A stretch of 64,000 bases of DNA from Squalus acanthias (Eukaryota), in contig CM059431.1 of the NCBI GenBank assembly GCA_030390025.1, positions 99,574,001-99,638,000 on the forward strand. Direction: 5' to 3'. The notes beneath the pieces were generated by a model that searched no databases, had not been told where the DNA came from, and saw nothing but the letters and a program-made list of their open reading frames with translations. The position numbers and the translations under genes were made by a program. How positions within the stretch are numbered: position 1 is the first letter of the stretch; the number at the start of each line of letters is the position of its first letter. Below are positions 28,775-39,700 of this stretch, in pieces.

Positions 28775-29372
28775 GAGCCATTGGCTCAGGGGTAGCATTC
28801 CTGCCTCTGAGTCAGAAGGTGCAGGGTTCGAACCCCACTCCAGACAGTCCCAGCGAGTGGGGTCAGAAGGTGCAGGGTTCGAACCCCACTCCAGACAGTC
28901 CCAGCGAGTGGGGTCAGAAGGTTCAGGGTTCGAACCCCACTCCAGACAGTCTCAGCGAGTGGGGTCAGAAGGTTCAGGGTTCGAACCCCACTCCAGACAG
29001 TCTCAGCGAGTGGGGTCTGAAGGTTCAGGGTTCGAACCCCACTCCAGACAGTCTCAGCGAGTGGGGTCAGAAGGTTCAGGGTTCGAACCCCACTCCAGAC
29101 AGTCTCAGCGAGTGGGGTCAGAAGGTTCAGGGTTCGAACCCCACTCCAGACAGTCCCGGCGAGTGGAGTCAGAAGGTTCAGGGTTCGAACCCCACTCCAG
29201 ACAGTCCCGGCGAGTGGAGTCAGAAGGTTCAGGGTTCGAACCCCACTCCAGACAGTCCTGGCGAGTGGAGTCAGAAGGTGCAGGGTTCGAACCCCACTCC
29301 AGACAGTCCCGGCGAGTGGAGTCAGAAGGTGCAGGGTTCGAATCCCACTCCAGACAGTCCCAGCAAGTGGAG
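28775..29372 (+). repeat. SINE head followed by 11 tandem copies of a 51-bp unit carrying a Pol III B-box (GGTTCGAACCC)
   Basis: A-box TGGCTCAG at 28782. GGTTCGA recurs every 51 bp from 28825 to 29335, giving a 17-aa period in the ORF track. Confidence 0.93.
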
Positions 29373-29689
29373 TTGGAGCTCCGGCTCTGAATTCTCTGTT
29401 GACATCCAGCGGGATGCTCGTATCCAGTGGGTGTGGGTGGCCCCTCCTCATCGTATGGGTTGTGGGAGCCTATAAAACCCTCCCACCGTATAGGACTGAC
29501 CCCCCTATCCGCTGGTGTAAAGATGGTTACGGCCATGGAAGGAGTGGTCACGTCGCGGCCTGTCAGACTGTTAATCGGCCTGTGAATCCTTCCACTGCCT
29601 CACACTGGTCCCCAAGGGAAGAGCGAGAAGATGCAAAATGCTCATGAACCCAATTTCTGCCACTAGACCGATATTGTCTACTACGCTAT

Positions 29690-30222
29690 GCCCAAAGCCT
29701 TTCCACCATCTACAAGGCACAAGTCAGGAGTGTGATGGAATACTCTCCACTTGCCTGGATGAGTGCAGCTCCAACAACACTCATGAAGCTCGACACCATC
29801 CAGGACAAAGCAGCCCGCTTGATTGGCACCCCATCCACCACCTTAAACATTCACTCCCTCCACCACCGGCGTACCATGGCTGCAGTGTGCACCATCTACA
29901 AGATGCACTGCAGCAACTCGCCAAGGCTTCTTCGGCAGCACCTCCCAAACCCTGCGACCTCTTGCACCTAGAAGGACAAGGGCAGCAGGCGCATGGGAAC
30001 ACCACCACCTCCAAGATCCCCTCCAAGTCACACACCATCCTTCATCGTCGCTGGGTCAAAATCCTGGAACTCTCTCCTTAACAGCACTGTGGGAGCACCT
30101 TCACCACACGGACCGCAGCAGTTAAAGAAGGCAGCTCACCACCACCTTCTCAAAGGCAATTAGGGATTGGCAATAAATGCTGGCCTTGCCAGCGACGCCC
30201 ACATCCCATAAACTAATAAAAA
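29690..30222 (+). mobile_element. Non-LTR retrotransposon 3' fragment (CR1/L2-group ORF2 C-terminus)
   Basis: Translation IYKAQVRSVMEYSPLAWMSAAPTTLMKLDTIQDKAARLIG, then a 3' tail ending in an A-rich run. Confidence 0.85.
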
Positions 30223-30927
30223 ATACTAGCCACATGTGGCTAATTGGGAATCCAGATGTGACTAATTGCATTTCTGATTATTCCCACGGTGTATGCATGT
30301 GAATTTTAACCTTTTTGTGCATTTGGTAAAAATGGCAGCACCAAGTGTGCAAGTGTTTTTTGTTTGTTGTGAGTGCGTTACTTGGTTACAGAATGATGGT
30401 ACATGTTTAATAATAAATACACACATGTGAAGTAAATTCCTCTGTATTGCATTTGAGGCGTTTACGACTAAAGTGAGTACATATGGCTAAAAAACAGTAT
30501 CGCCATAACCACAAGTGTGGCTTGTTCAGCACACTGGCTTTACAAGATTATTTGCTTTCAAAAACCCTCAGCAGTTGCTTAAGTGATGTCAGAGGCTCAA
30601 TGTTCCGGGTGCATTGTAAATGGTTGAATGTTCCTCCTTTCTCACTGATAAAATGGTATTGCATAAAATTAATGTTTACAAATTGCCCACCTGTGCCATT
30701 TTGCTAGCAGATTGTGGATCGCGATTCCTTTTAACAGAGAAAAATATAGCCGGAGAATTTTTTTTGGACATAAAACTTTGAAAATGTGCAGGTCGCATCC
30801 TATCCTTGCAGTGATCACTTACTTAGGACGGGGCCAAACATGCATTGCGCATATTCCTATAGGTGACAGGAGCAAGAGAGCGAGGAAAACTGTATGCATT
30901 CTACCACTTGATTCAGGAATGGCACTG

Positions 30928-30981
30928 ATGGAACAGGCACGATGGGCCGAATGGCCTCCTTCTCTGCTGTATCATTCTATG
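30928..30981 (+). mobile_element. CR1 3'-terminal remnant
   Basis: CAGGCACGATGGGCCGAATGGCCTCCTTCTCTGCTGTATCATTCTATG, matching CR1 tails near 37040-37099 and 45660-45716. Confidence 0.75.
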
Positions 30982-31285
30982 AAAGAGGTTTGACACAACA
31001 CTGGAACTGAAAGGATTACTGAATGAAAGGGCGAGCAAAGTTTAGGAGAAGTACTTTATCTTCAAACTATTCTCCCTCCCCTCTTTATTAACAGGAACAA
31101 ATAGTTGACTGACGATGTATTGCTATTTTTTTTCAAAAAATTTCAAATTTATCCCCAGAATGGAGACCCTTGAGTTGGGAATCTTACCCTTGTAGGCCAG
31201 ACACATGCCATCAATTTCAAGGATAAATCCATTGGAAACAGCGCGGGGGTAGAGAATGCCTTTGAACTGGACTGAGAAACACTTA

Positions 31286-33057
31286 GGGCTGGATTTTCTC
31301 AGAGGTGTCAGGATGGTGATGGGAGAGCTGGTTTCCGGGTTTCAGTCCCGCTCCCAGCTGCAGCCGCTCTGTCAAAGGGATTTTCTCTTGATTGGCCTTG
31401 TTAAGCCGCCCTGCGGGCTTATCGGCCAATTAACAGGAAGCGGGTCTGATGACGTCATTTGATGACGCATCATCAGCCAGTTTCCTTAAAGGGACCACGG
31501 TCACATTGAGTTTGACAGTTGTTCTTTCAGTGTTTGACAGCATTGAGGTGTTGCAAACACTGACAAGCACTGCACAAAGGTGGACGCTTGCACCCAGGCT
31601 CTCCAATGACTCCCTCCATATGCTTATAGAGGGAGTCACAGCAATTAGAGAGGTCCTCCTCCCTTTCAAGGGCTGAAGAGACCTCCCCAGGACACCAACA
31701 CAGCCTGGTTGCACATTGCACAGGAGGGCAAAAGCAGGGATGTGGTCAGGAGGACCAGGCTGCAGTGGCACCAACCTTTCAATGATCTCAGTGGATCACG
31801 AAACGTTACTGTAAAGTCACACTCAAACTCACCCTGCTGTGCCACTCAACACATCCCCATCACTCTGTCTTCCATACCCTTCTCCTGCACATCCTTACTC
31901 ACACCAACTTACCTTGCACCTCCACCCAACCCTCTCTATCTACATTATCACGTCCCCATCTCACTAGTCACCCCTCGCACTCACCTTCATCCTACTGCAA
32001 GCATACCAACTAACAACACACAAGGGTAGGCACTTGAGAGGCTTAGCCAATGTCCATGTGAAGTTTCTGGCAATGTGTTGTCATACAGTGAAATCTATAT
32101 TTTCAACACTGCCCCTTATTGGACAGATCTGTGCGCACCTTAAGAAGTGTCTTACTGAGTTCCAGTGAATGTTGAGACATAACTTCCCCGCCCCCCCCCC
32201 CCCCCCCGCTATAGTGATGAGTGTGAAAGGAATGGCTTGGACATTAAAGGGATGCTTTACGGTGCTGGTGTGAGATGGTGTCAACATGGTGCATCATGTG
32301 GCAGCCAGGGTTTACAGCGTCAAGTGAAGTAAATCTGGCCATGGTGATGCCATCACTGGCCTCCCGGGCAACAATGTTGTCAGGGGCTGATGCCCTGTGT
32401 CCTGTGCAGCATCAGGTGATGGCGGAGAAGATCGGTGATGTTGGTGTTGGGGATGATAGTGGAAGGATTCAGAGGACCAAGGTCTGAATTTTTCAAGGGC
32501 ACCGATGTTGCTGGAATAGATGGCAGCTGCAGGTGAGATGACAGAAGCAATCTGTCAATAGTGAGAGAGGTTGTTCCAATGAGGTGGCACTGATTATACA
32601 GTTGGCTCTAAACACTTCCAAGCTAAAGAAATCTCTATATGTATTACAAATGCAGTATCCAACAGTTTCTGAGCTCTGAAACTGACCATCTGCAACATGG
32701 CATCCTTTACACCACTTCTGCAGCTGTCAGCTTATCAGATACATCAGAGCAGACTCAACTCATGCCAGGGTGAGCTGGCGTGTTCCCCGAGCAGCAGGTA
32801 ACCCATGGGGGAGATCGTAAAATTGGAAAGAAGCCTCAAAATAGCATTAAATTGGCCCTTAACAAGCCATTTAATGAGCTCAATTGTCTCCCCCGCTGCT
32901 TGGTGTCGGGTCAGTTCTGCGCTGACAGACCCGACACCTGGGAGACTCGCGTGGAGGCGGGTTGACAGCGGGTTTTCTACCCGCTGTCAATCTTTGCTAT
33001 TTTGACAGCGGACCCGTCTCCAAACCCGCCCTCTGAGCGCCAGCAAAATTCCAGCCT
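31286..33057 (+). mobile_element. Decayed PIF/Harbinger-like DNA transposon derivative (about 1.77 kb)
   Basis: Imperfect TIRs GGGCTGGATTTT / AAAATTCCAGCC(T), subterminal CTCAGAGG / CCTCTGAG, TTA and TAA flanks, and an internal Myb/SANT-like remnant. Confidence 0.7.
31589..31790 (+). pseudogene. Frameshifted Myb/SANT-like (Harbinger second protein) domain
   Basis: APRLSNDSLHMLIEGVTAIREVLLP, frameshift near 31670, then KRPPQDTNTAWLHIAQEGKSRDVVRRTRLQWHQPFNDL. Resembles the W..vA..v....RT..Qc.k.fnDL trihelix pattern. Confidence 0.7.
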
Positions 33058-33371
33058 TAATCCTGGAAAATCATGCTGCACCTGCAAAGTTGGCTTCCCT
33101 ATCATGTAGTTGGGGGGGGGGGGGGGTTGTTTTTTTACTCCTAACATTAGACTAATTGATTATAAGGTCTTCAGGAGTTTTGATGGATCACCGAGGCAAT
33201 TTAAAAAATTCTAATCGCTTTGCGCTTTGCACCAAGCTGGAGTTACATTTCACTCAGTTCAGATTCAGCCAGTGTGAGACTATCTACTTGACGTGATGTC
33301 TGATCTTTAGTGCACTTGAAGGTCAGATTGTTGCTCTGACTCCTGAGTTATACTGGCACTTTGTGTTAATT

Positions 33372-33515
33372 CTATTTCAAAACTGAGATCGATAGATTTT
33401 TGGTAGGTAAGGGTATTAAGGGATATGGAACCAAGGCGGGAACATGGAGTTGAGATACAGATCTAATTGAATGGCAGAGCAGGCTCGAGGGGCTGAATGA
33501 CCTCCTCCTGTTCTT
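33372..33515 (+). mobile_element. CR1 3' fragment
   Basis: FKTEIDRFLVGKGIKGYG coding remnant and tail GGCTCGAGGGGCTGAATGACCTCCTCCTGTTC. Confidence 0.85.
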
Positions 33516-33520
33516 AATAT

Positions 33521-33962
33521 ATAGAATGACATAGAATGTATAGCACAGAAACAGGCCATTCAGCCCAACTGGTCCGTGCCGGTGTTTCTGCTCCACACGA
33601 GCCTCCTCCCACCCCTCCTCATCTCACCCTATCAGCATATCCTTATATTCCTTTCGCCCTCATGTGTTAATCGAGCTTCCCCTTAAATGTATCTTTGCTA
33701 TTTGCCTCAACCACTCCCTGTGGTAGCGAGTTCCACATTCTCACCACCCTCTGAGTAAAGAAGTTTCTCCTGAATTCCCTCTTGGATTTATTAGTGACTA
33801 TCTTATATTTATGGCCCCTAGTTTTGGTCTCTCCCACAAGTGGAAGCATCTTCTCTACGTCTACCCTATCAAACCCCTTTCATCATTTTAAAGACCTCTA
33901 TCAGGTCACCTCTCAGCCTTCTCTTTTTCTAAAGAAAAAAGCCCAGCCTGTTCAGTCTTTCC
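33521..33962 (-). mobile_element. CR1 3' fragment
   Basis: Translation KTRGHKYKIVTNKSKREFRRNFFTQRVVRMWNSLPQGVVEA. Confidence 0.92.
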
Positions 33963-34426
33963 CATGTTCCAGTAATGTGAAAATGTCCCCCTAAGTGCTG
34001 ATTCAGAAAAATTAGGTGTTCGTCTAGTGGATCAAGCACTTTGTGTAAATGGCAGCAGTAACTTTGACAAAGGCATTGTGGAATCCAACTCTTTCATTGT
34101 TCAATGTCCTTATGATTGCAAGATGATGGACTCTTATTAGGATTCTGTACATCTCCTCAATTGCCATTATCTCTCTGTGGTTATCCCAGATTACTATGGA
34201 TTTTTATTATCAATGCCTTTGTCTATTTATTTTGTTAAATAACAGCTCTATAGATCCATCTGTATACAATAATTTAACTTTATAGCCTTATGAGCCCCTT
34301 GAGATTTCATCTACCACACGGCTCCTTATAGAATTACATATTTATTGATATTTTATGTAGTCTGAGCACCATACTGTCTGGAATATCATTCCTGTGGCTA
34401 AGATTACAAAACAGAGCTAGCTTTAT

Positions 34427-34859
34427 GAGTCAGAAGGTTGTGGGTTCAAGACCTACTACAGGGACAAAAGCACAAAATCCGGGCTGACACTCCCAGTGCA
34501 GTACTGCGGGAGCGCTGCACTGTTGGAGGTGCCGTCTTTCGGATGAGACGTTAAACCAAGGCCCCGTCTGCCCTTTCAGGTGGACGTAAAAGATCCCATG
34601 GCACTTTTTCAAAGAAGAGCAGGTGAGTTCTCCCTGGTGTCCTAGGACCAAAATTTATCCCTCAACCAACATCACAAAAACAGATTATCTGGTCATTATC
34701 GCATTGCTTTTTGTGGGAGTTTGCTGTGCGCAAATTGGCTGCCGTGTTTCCTACATTACAACAGTGACTACACTTCAATAAATACTTCATTGGCTGTAAA
34801 GTGCTTTGGGGCGTCCTGAGGTGGTGAAAGGCGCTATAGAAATGCAAGTCTTTCTTTCT
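34427..34859 (+). mobile_element. DeuSINE (SacSINE1-like)
   Basis: GAGTCAGAAGGTTGTGGGTTCAAG head, Deu-like core and tail GGCGCTATAGAAATGCAAGTCTTTCTTTC. Confidence 0.87.
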
Positions 34860-35007
34860 ATAAGATTTAAATTTTGGTTTAGAATACACAAACTATTCTG
34901 AAACAATCACAGCGAAGTTTTCTGCTGTGCGCTAGCTGTAGCAAATTTGTGAATCCATTTCCAAAGAAAGAACTTATGATTTTGTTACGCAATGGTGCAC
35001 ATATATT

Positions 35008-35155
35008 TTTTTAATTCTCAGAATGTGGGAGTCGCTGGCAAAGCCAGCATTTATTGCCCATCCCTAATTGCCCTTGAGAAGGTGGTGGTGAGACGCCTTC
35101 TTGAACCGCTGCAGTCCGTGTGGTGAAGGTGCTCCCACAGTGCTGTTAGGGAGGG
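35008..35155 (-). mobile_element. 3' end of the LINE family seen at 29690-30222
   Basis: Reverse complement matches about 30075-30220. Confidence 0.85.
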
Positions 35156-35622
35156 TGTTGTTTTATTCATCCCTCTGTAGCCCAGCAATGATATTGCTGA
35201 TCATGTATAAGGGCCACTGTTGCCCTGTTGGTCAGTTCAGTTTTTGAATACACTCAGAACTGCCTTCTCCAACGATAACTCGATTTCACAGCTGCCATTT
35301 TGGTCATGGTGTCATTTGTTCTGCTACAGATGTGTCTCCTACATCGCCAACTATTGTGATGTGGTTGTTTCCGGGATGTTTTCATTTTTCAAAGTCACCG
35401 TTTAATAATTATTTTTCTTGAGCTTTCTCCCTAATCTTCCCAATCACCCGCAAGCACCAATCCTTGCAGGAACTGGTGCAACAGGCCCTTTGGCACTTTA
35501 TACAAGTCACAGTTCTTCATGTGGGAACCTAGAGAGTGAATGTTCAGCAGATTATTTGGCACGGGGCACCATAGTCCCGTCCAACCTTGTGCTTATTCAA
35601 CACAAGTACAGACACTTTCTAG

Positions 35623-36041
35623 CTGTGGGTTCAAATCCCACTCCAGGGACTTGAGCACATAATCCAGGCTTACACTCCCAGTGCAGCGCTGAGGGAGCAC
35701 TGCCCTGTCGGAGTTGCCGTCTTTCAGATGAGACGTTAAATTGAGGCCCCGTCTGCCCTCTCAGGTGGACATAAAAGATCCCATGGCATTATTTCGAAGA
35801 AGAGCAGCGGAGTTCTCCCCAGTTGGTGTCCTGACCAACATTTATCCTTTAACCAATATCACTGAAACAGATTATCTGGTCATTTATCACATTGCTGTTT
35901 GTGGGAGCTTGCTGTGCGCAAATTGTGTTTCCTACATTACAACAGTGACCACACTTCAAAAAGTACTTCATTGGCTGTAAAGCGCTTTGGGATGTCCTGA
36001 GGTCGTGAAAGGCGCTGCAGAAATGCAAGTCTTTGTTTCTT
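35623..36041 (+). mobile_element. DeuSINE (SacSINE1-like), 5'-truncated at the B-box
   Basis: Collinear with the 34427-34859 copy from GTGGGTTCAAATCCC to AAATGCAAGTCTTTG. Confidence 0.87.
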
Positions 36042-36224
36042 TGGATAGTGATCAGGAGCAGGAACCTGGCTGATTTCCCCATTCCCACCCTCTTCCCTCG
36101 CCCAGATGCACTTAAGTACTGTTATTAGTGGTGTTGTGACTGAGATCATTTAACTCAAGACAGGCTGAAGGTTGATCCTGCTATATGGCAGCACATTTAC
36201 TTCTAGGCTCTCATAGTCTTGCTC

Positions 36225-36534
36225 TCAAGTTAGATTGTTCAAATGTGCAAAGATTAATTTAAAAAGGGACAACAATTTATAAAAAAGATATATGCTCGTC
36301 AATTTTCCAGCATTTAAAAAAAAACTGGCATATGAAATAGGAGCAGGAGTAGGCCATTGCAGGTGATACAAGGACTTCGGAGCAAGCTCGAGGGGCCGAA
36401 TGGCCTACTCCTGCTCCTATTTCATATGCCAGTTTTTTTTTTAAATGCTGGAAAATTGACGAGCATATATATTTTTTTATAAATTGTTGTCCCTTTTTAA
36501 ATTAATCTTGGCACATTTGAACAATCTAACTTGA
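36225..36534. repeat. Inverted repeat: 134/136-bp arms with a 40-bp spacer
   Basis: 36225-36358 is the reverse complement of 36399-36534 with about 4 differences. Confidence 0.95.
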
Positions 36535-37099
36535 TTGAATTTTTTGAGGAGGTAACAAGGAGGGTCAATGAGGGTTATGCGTTTGATGTAGTCTATATGG
36601 ACTTTAGCAAGGTACAGAGGAGATTTACGAGGATGTTGCCTGGACTGGGGAATTTTAGCTATGAGGAAAGATTGGATAGGCTGGGGTTGTTTTCTTTGGA
36701 ACAGAGGGAGGCTGAGGGGAGACTTGATTGAGGTGTGTAAAATTATGCGGGGCCTAGATAGAGTGGATAGGAAGGACCTATTTCCCTTAGAAGAGAGGTC
36801 AATAACCAGGGGGCACAGATTTAAAGTAATTGGTAGAAGGATTAGCGGGGAGTTGAGAAGAACTTTTTTCACCCAGAGGGCGGTGGGGGTCTGGAACTCG
36901 CTGCTTGAAAGGGTGGTAGAGGCAGAGACCTTCATCACATTTAAAAAATACTTGGATATGCACTTGAAGTGCTGTAACCTACAGGGCTACCGACCAAGTG
37001 CTGGAAAGTGGGATTAGGCTGGATAGCTCTTTGTCAGCCGGCACAGACACGATGGGCCGAATGGCCTCCTACTGTGCTGTAAATTTCTATCATTCTATG
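36526..37099 (+). mobile_element. CR1 LINE with an internal deletion
   Basis: RT segment LIEFFEEVTRRVNEGYAFDVVYMDFSK joined directly to C-terminal VQRRFTRMLPGL, followed by RRTFFTQRAVGVWNSL and a CR1 tail. Confidence 0.9.
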
Positions 37100-38340
37100 T
37101 CATGCGGAATTCTAATTGGTTGCGAATTTGCCCAGCGGCCAAGCGTTGAGATTGCTTGGAGTTGTACCTGTCCTGGTGAGGCAGCAGGGGGCTGTCTCGA
37201 GTTTCCGTGCCAAGCTTGGAGCAGGAAAACCGGCGGACCTTCAGCAGCGCAGAGACGGGGGCCGGGGGGGGGGGGGGGGTGCCCAGTGATTGACTGCGGG
37301 GGGAGCGGGGCTGAGGATTGGAGGGGGTGGGGGGTCGGTGGTCGTGGAGCTGGTTCCTCTCGGAAAGGGACATCTATTTTTGCTAAGACGTGACAGAGTC
37401 GCGTTTTGCTGTGCTGGATTAGTGAGTGAAGACTGGGAGGGAGGCGGTGCCTAAACCTGCAACAATCATCAATCAAAAAACCTTCTTAAAAAAAAGGAAT
37501 ATAACATTAACATTGCTGCCGTCCGTGCTATGCTATTAAAAGGTCTTTCTAATGAAGAATTGCAGCAGAACAAGGCATTGCACTGAAGCAAATCGAAGGC
37601 GGGAGAGGGCTAGACAAAGGGAAGTAGAGATTCCTGAAATCACGTATCACACGGGCTTTGGGAGAGATGGTCAGGTAGTCCCTGGCCCACCACCCCATGG
37701 GTTGATGTGTATCTGGCTGGGTCAGTGTCCAAGCTGTGGGTTGGGAGCCCCGGGAGCCCCCCGGCTGTGTGGACTGGCCAGTGAGGAGAGACTGAATGCA
37801 GCGAGCGCTGTCCGCGGTGCTGAATCTCTCCTCCGCTGGGAAACCCCCCGCTCCCTCGATATTAAAGCAAACGCGACCAGGCGTCCCCCCTCCCGCACCA
37901 GGGAAAGAGGAATTCCTCCCTCCCCCCAGCCCCCAGCTTGTGTTAATTATTGCTGCACACACAGAACGCTCAAAAGCCGCCTTCTCCTTCCATAAAATGC
38001 AGATTGGAGGTGGGACTGGGTCTTGCACAGAGAGAGAGAGAGAGCTTTTGGAGAAGGGACGGTCTTGCGATGGTGGTTAGTGTTTTCCCGTCACGTCTGC
38101 CCTGCGGGCGTTTTCTCCGGCGCTTTGGGCAACGGGTGAAAGAGTGAGCGGCGGGATGAGCTGATGGCCCGGCGCTGGGAGGGAGGGGAATGGGGGAGAG
38201 GTGGGGGCAATGATCGCTAGTGTTGGCAGGGGGCGATGCCATGTGTCTGGGAGGAAGGTGCTGAGTCCCGGCTCCGTGTCTGCTTGGCCGCAAGATCAAC
38301 GGGCAATGTTTGGACCCGAGGGATGGCAAACTTGCTCCAA
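37100..38340. promoter_or_regulatory. GC/CpG-rich island-like region upstream of the FHF exon 1A
   Basis: Visibly CpG- and G-run-rich non-repeat sequence containing the RE1 site. CpG observed/expected not computed. Confidence 0.55.
37804..37824 (-). promoter_or_regulatory. RE1/NRSE element (REST/NRSF binding site)
   Basis: Minus strand TTCAGCACCGCGGACAGCGCT matches the canonical TTCAGCACCACGGACAGCGCC at 19/21, with both half-sites and the 2-nt spacing intact. Confidence 0.9.
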
Positions 38341-38367
38341 ATGACAGGGTGAAGGTGTTTGTGGATT

Positions 38368-38949
38368 GGACACCTCCCGTCTCACTGGAAAAGACCTCCC
38401 GTCTCACTGGAGTCCTCCCATCTCACTGGAAAAGACCTCCCGTCTCACTGGAGTCCTCCCGTCTCACTGGAGTCCTCCCATCTCACTGGAAAAGACCTCC
38501 CGTCTCACTGGAGTCCTCCCATCTCACTGGAAAAGACCTCCCGTCTCACTGGAGTCCTCCCATCTCACTGGAAAAGACCTCCCGTCTCACTGGAGTCCTC
38601 CCATCTCACTGGAAAAGACCTCCCGTCTCACTGGAGTCCTCCCATCTCACTGGAAAAGACCTCCCGTCTCACTGGACACCTCCCGTCTCACTGGAAAAGA
38701 CCTCCCGTCTCACTGGAAAAGACCTCCCGTCGCACTGGACACCTCCCATCTCACTGGACACCTCCCGTCTCACTGGAAAAGACCTCCCATCTCACTGGAC
38801 ACCTCCCGTCTCACTGGAAAATACCTCCCGTCTCACTGAAGACCTCCCGTCTCACTGAAAAAGACCTCCCGTCTCACTGGAGTCCTCCCGTCTCACTGGA
38901 AAGGACCTCCCATCTCACTGAAGACCTCCCATCTCACTGGAGGAGACCT
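38368..38949. repeat. Minisatellite, 28 copies of core CCTCCCRTCTCACTGGA with GT, CA or AAAGA linkers (19/22-bp units)
   Basis: Copies counted directly. ORFs at 38310-38961 are translations of the repeat. Confidence 0.95.
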
Positions 38950-39089
38950 GCTATCCCATAGGACACAGAAGAAGATGACAGTCTGGAGGAGCCGGAAGAA
39001 ATAACGCGGTGTCCCTGCCTGTAGACTGAATCTTCCCCCATTCCCCGAGAGTCTGCTAAACTTTATCTATTTGTGCGCAGCTGTCACAC

Positions 39090-39275
39090 GGCGCACACGT
39101 CACCTCGAGAAAAGAGCAAGGTTTTTTTGTTATGATTTCCTGTAACCTCAGATTGTCCACTCCGAATATGGAATGAGACCCTCTTCTTGTGAAGGCGAGC
39201 GAGTCCTACTTATATAATGTGACGTCGGCCACAAGGAAAGGTGATTTTTGGTATAAAAACCAGGGCGGGGAAAAA
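39090..39275 (+). promoter_or_regulatory. Candidate proximal promoter motifs
   Basis: CRE-like TGACGTC at 39220, TATAAAA at 39252 and GC box GGGCGGGG at 39263, about 430-480 bp upstream of the ATG. TSS unknown. Confidence 0.35.
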
Positions 39276-39700
39276 TCGTATTTGGTCTGGTTCTTGTTGA
39301 GGATAGTTAATGAAGTTCCAAGAATTCAAAATGTGCCGAAACTGCACCACAAGAGGATAATGGTGGTCACCGTGAGGCGGATTCCTGTGTTGGGCGACTG
39401 TCTTGCTGGGGATCCAGGGATCTGTGAAAGATGGATGATGAGTTGAAGAGCGACCAGGGACTCGCCGGATCGGGGTTAAGACTGAAGATGGTTCTGTGCT
39501 TCACAGTGAGACAGTCCTTTGGCTCATCGCGCATCCACACACAGCAAGTCTAACCAGAGGCATTCCAGGCAGGACACACACAAGCAACCCTCAGCGAGCC
39601 TCCATGAAAGACTTGAGGCGTTGAGAGGCAGTGAGGTGCGCTAGATCGCTGCTTCTGGGGGCTGTTCATTCAGCCTCTAATCCCATTGCCAGCGCTGGCC

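Noticed and set aside
28775..28850. tRNA gene
   Set aside because: A and B boxes are present but the sequence matches the SINE head and I cannot build a full cloverleaf.
28811..29372. CRISPR-like array of palindromic repeats, and 218-221 aa ORFs
   Set aside because: No unique spacers, no cas genes, eukaryotic context. The ORFs stay open only because the 51-bp unit is a multiple of 3 without stops.
37549..38407. Several overlapping 94-159 aa ORFs
   Set aside because: Expected in GC-rich DNA, with no recognisable protein similarity.
38310..38961. 157-200 aa repetitive ORFs
   Set aside because: Minisatellite translations.
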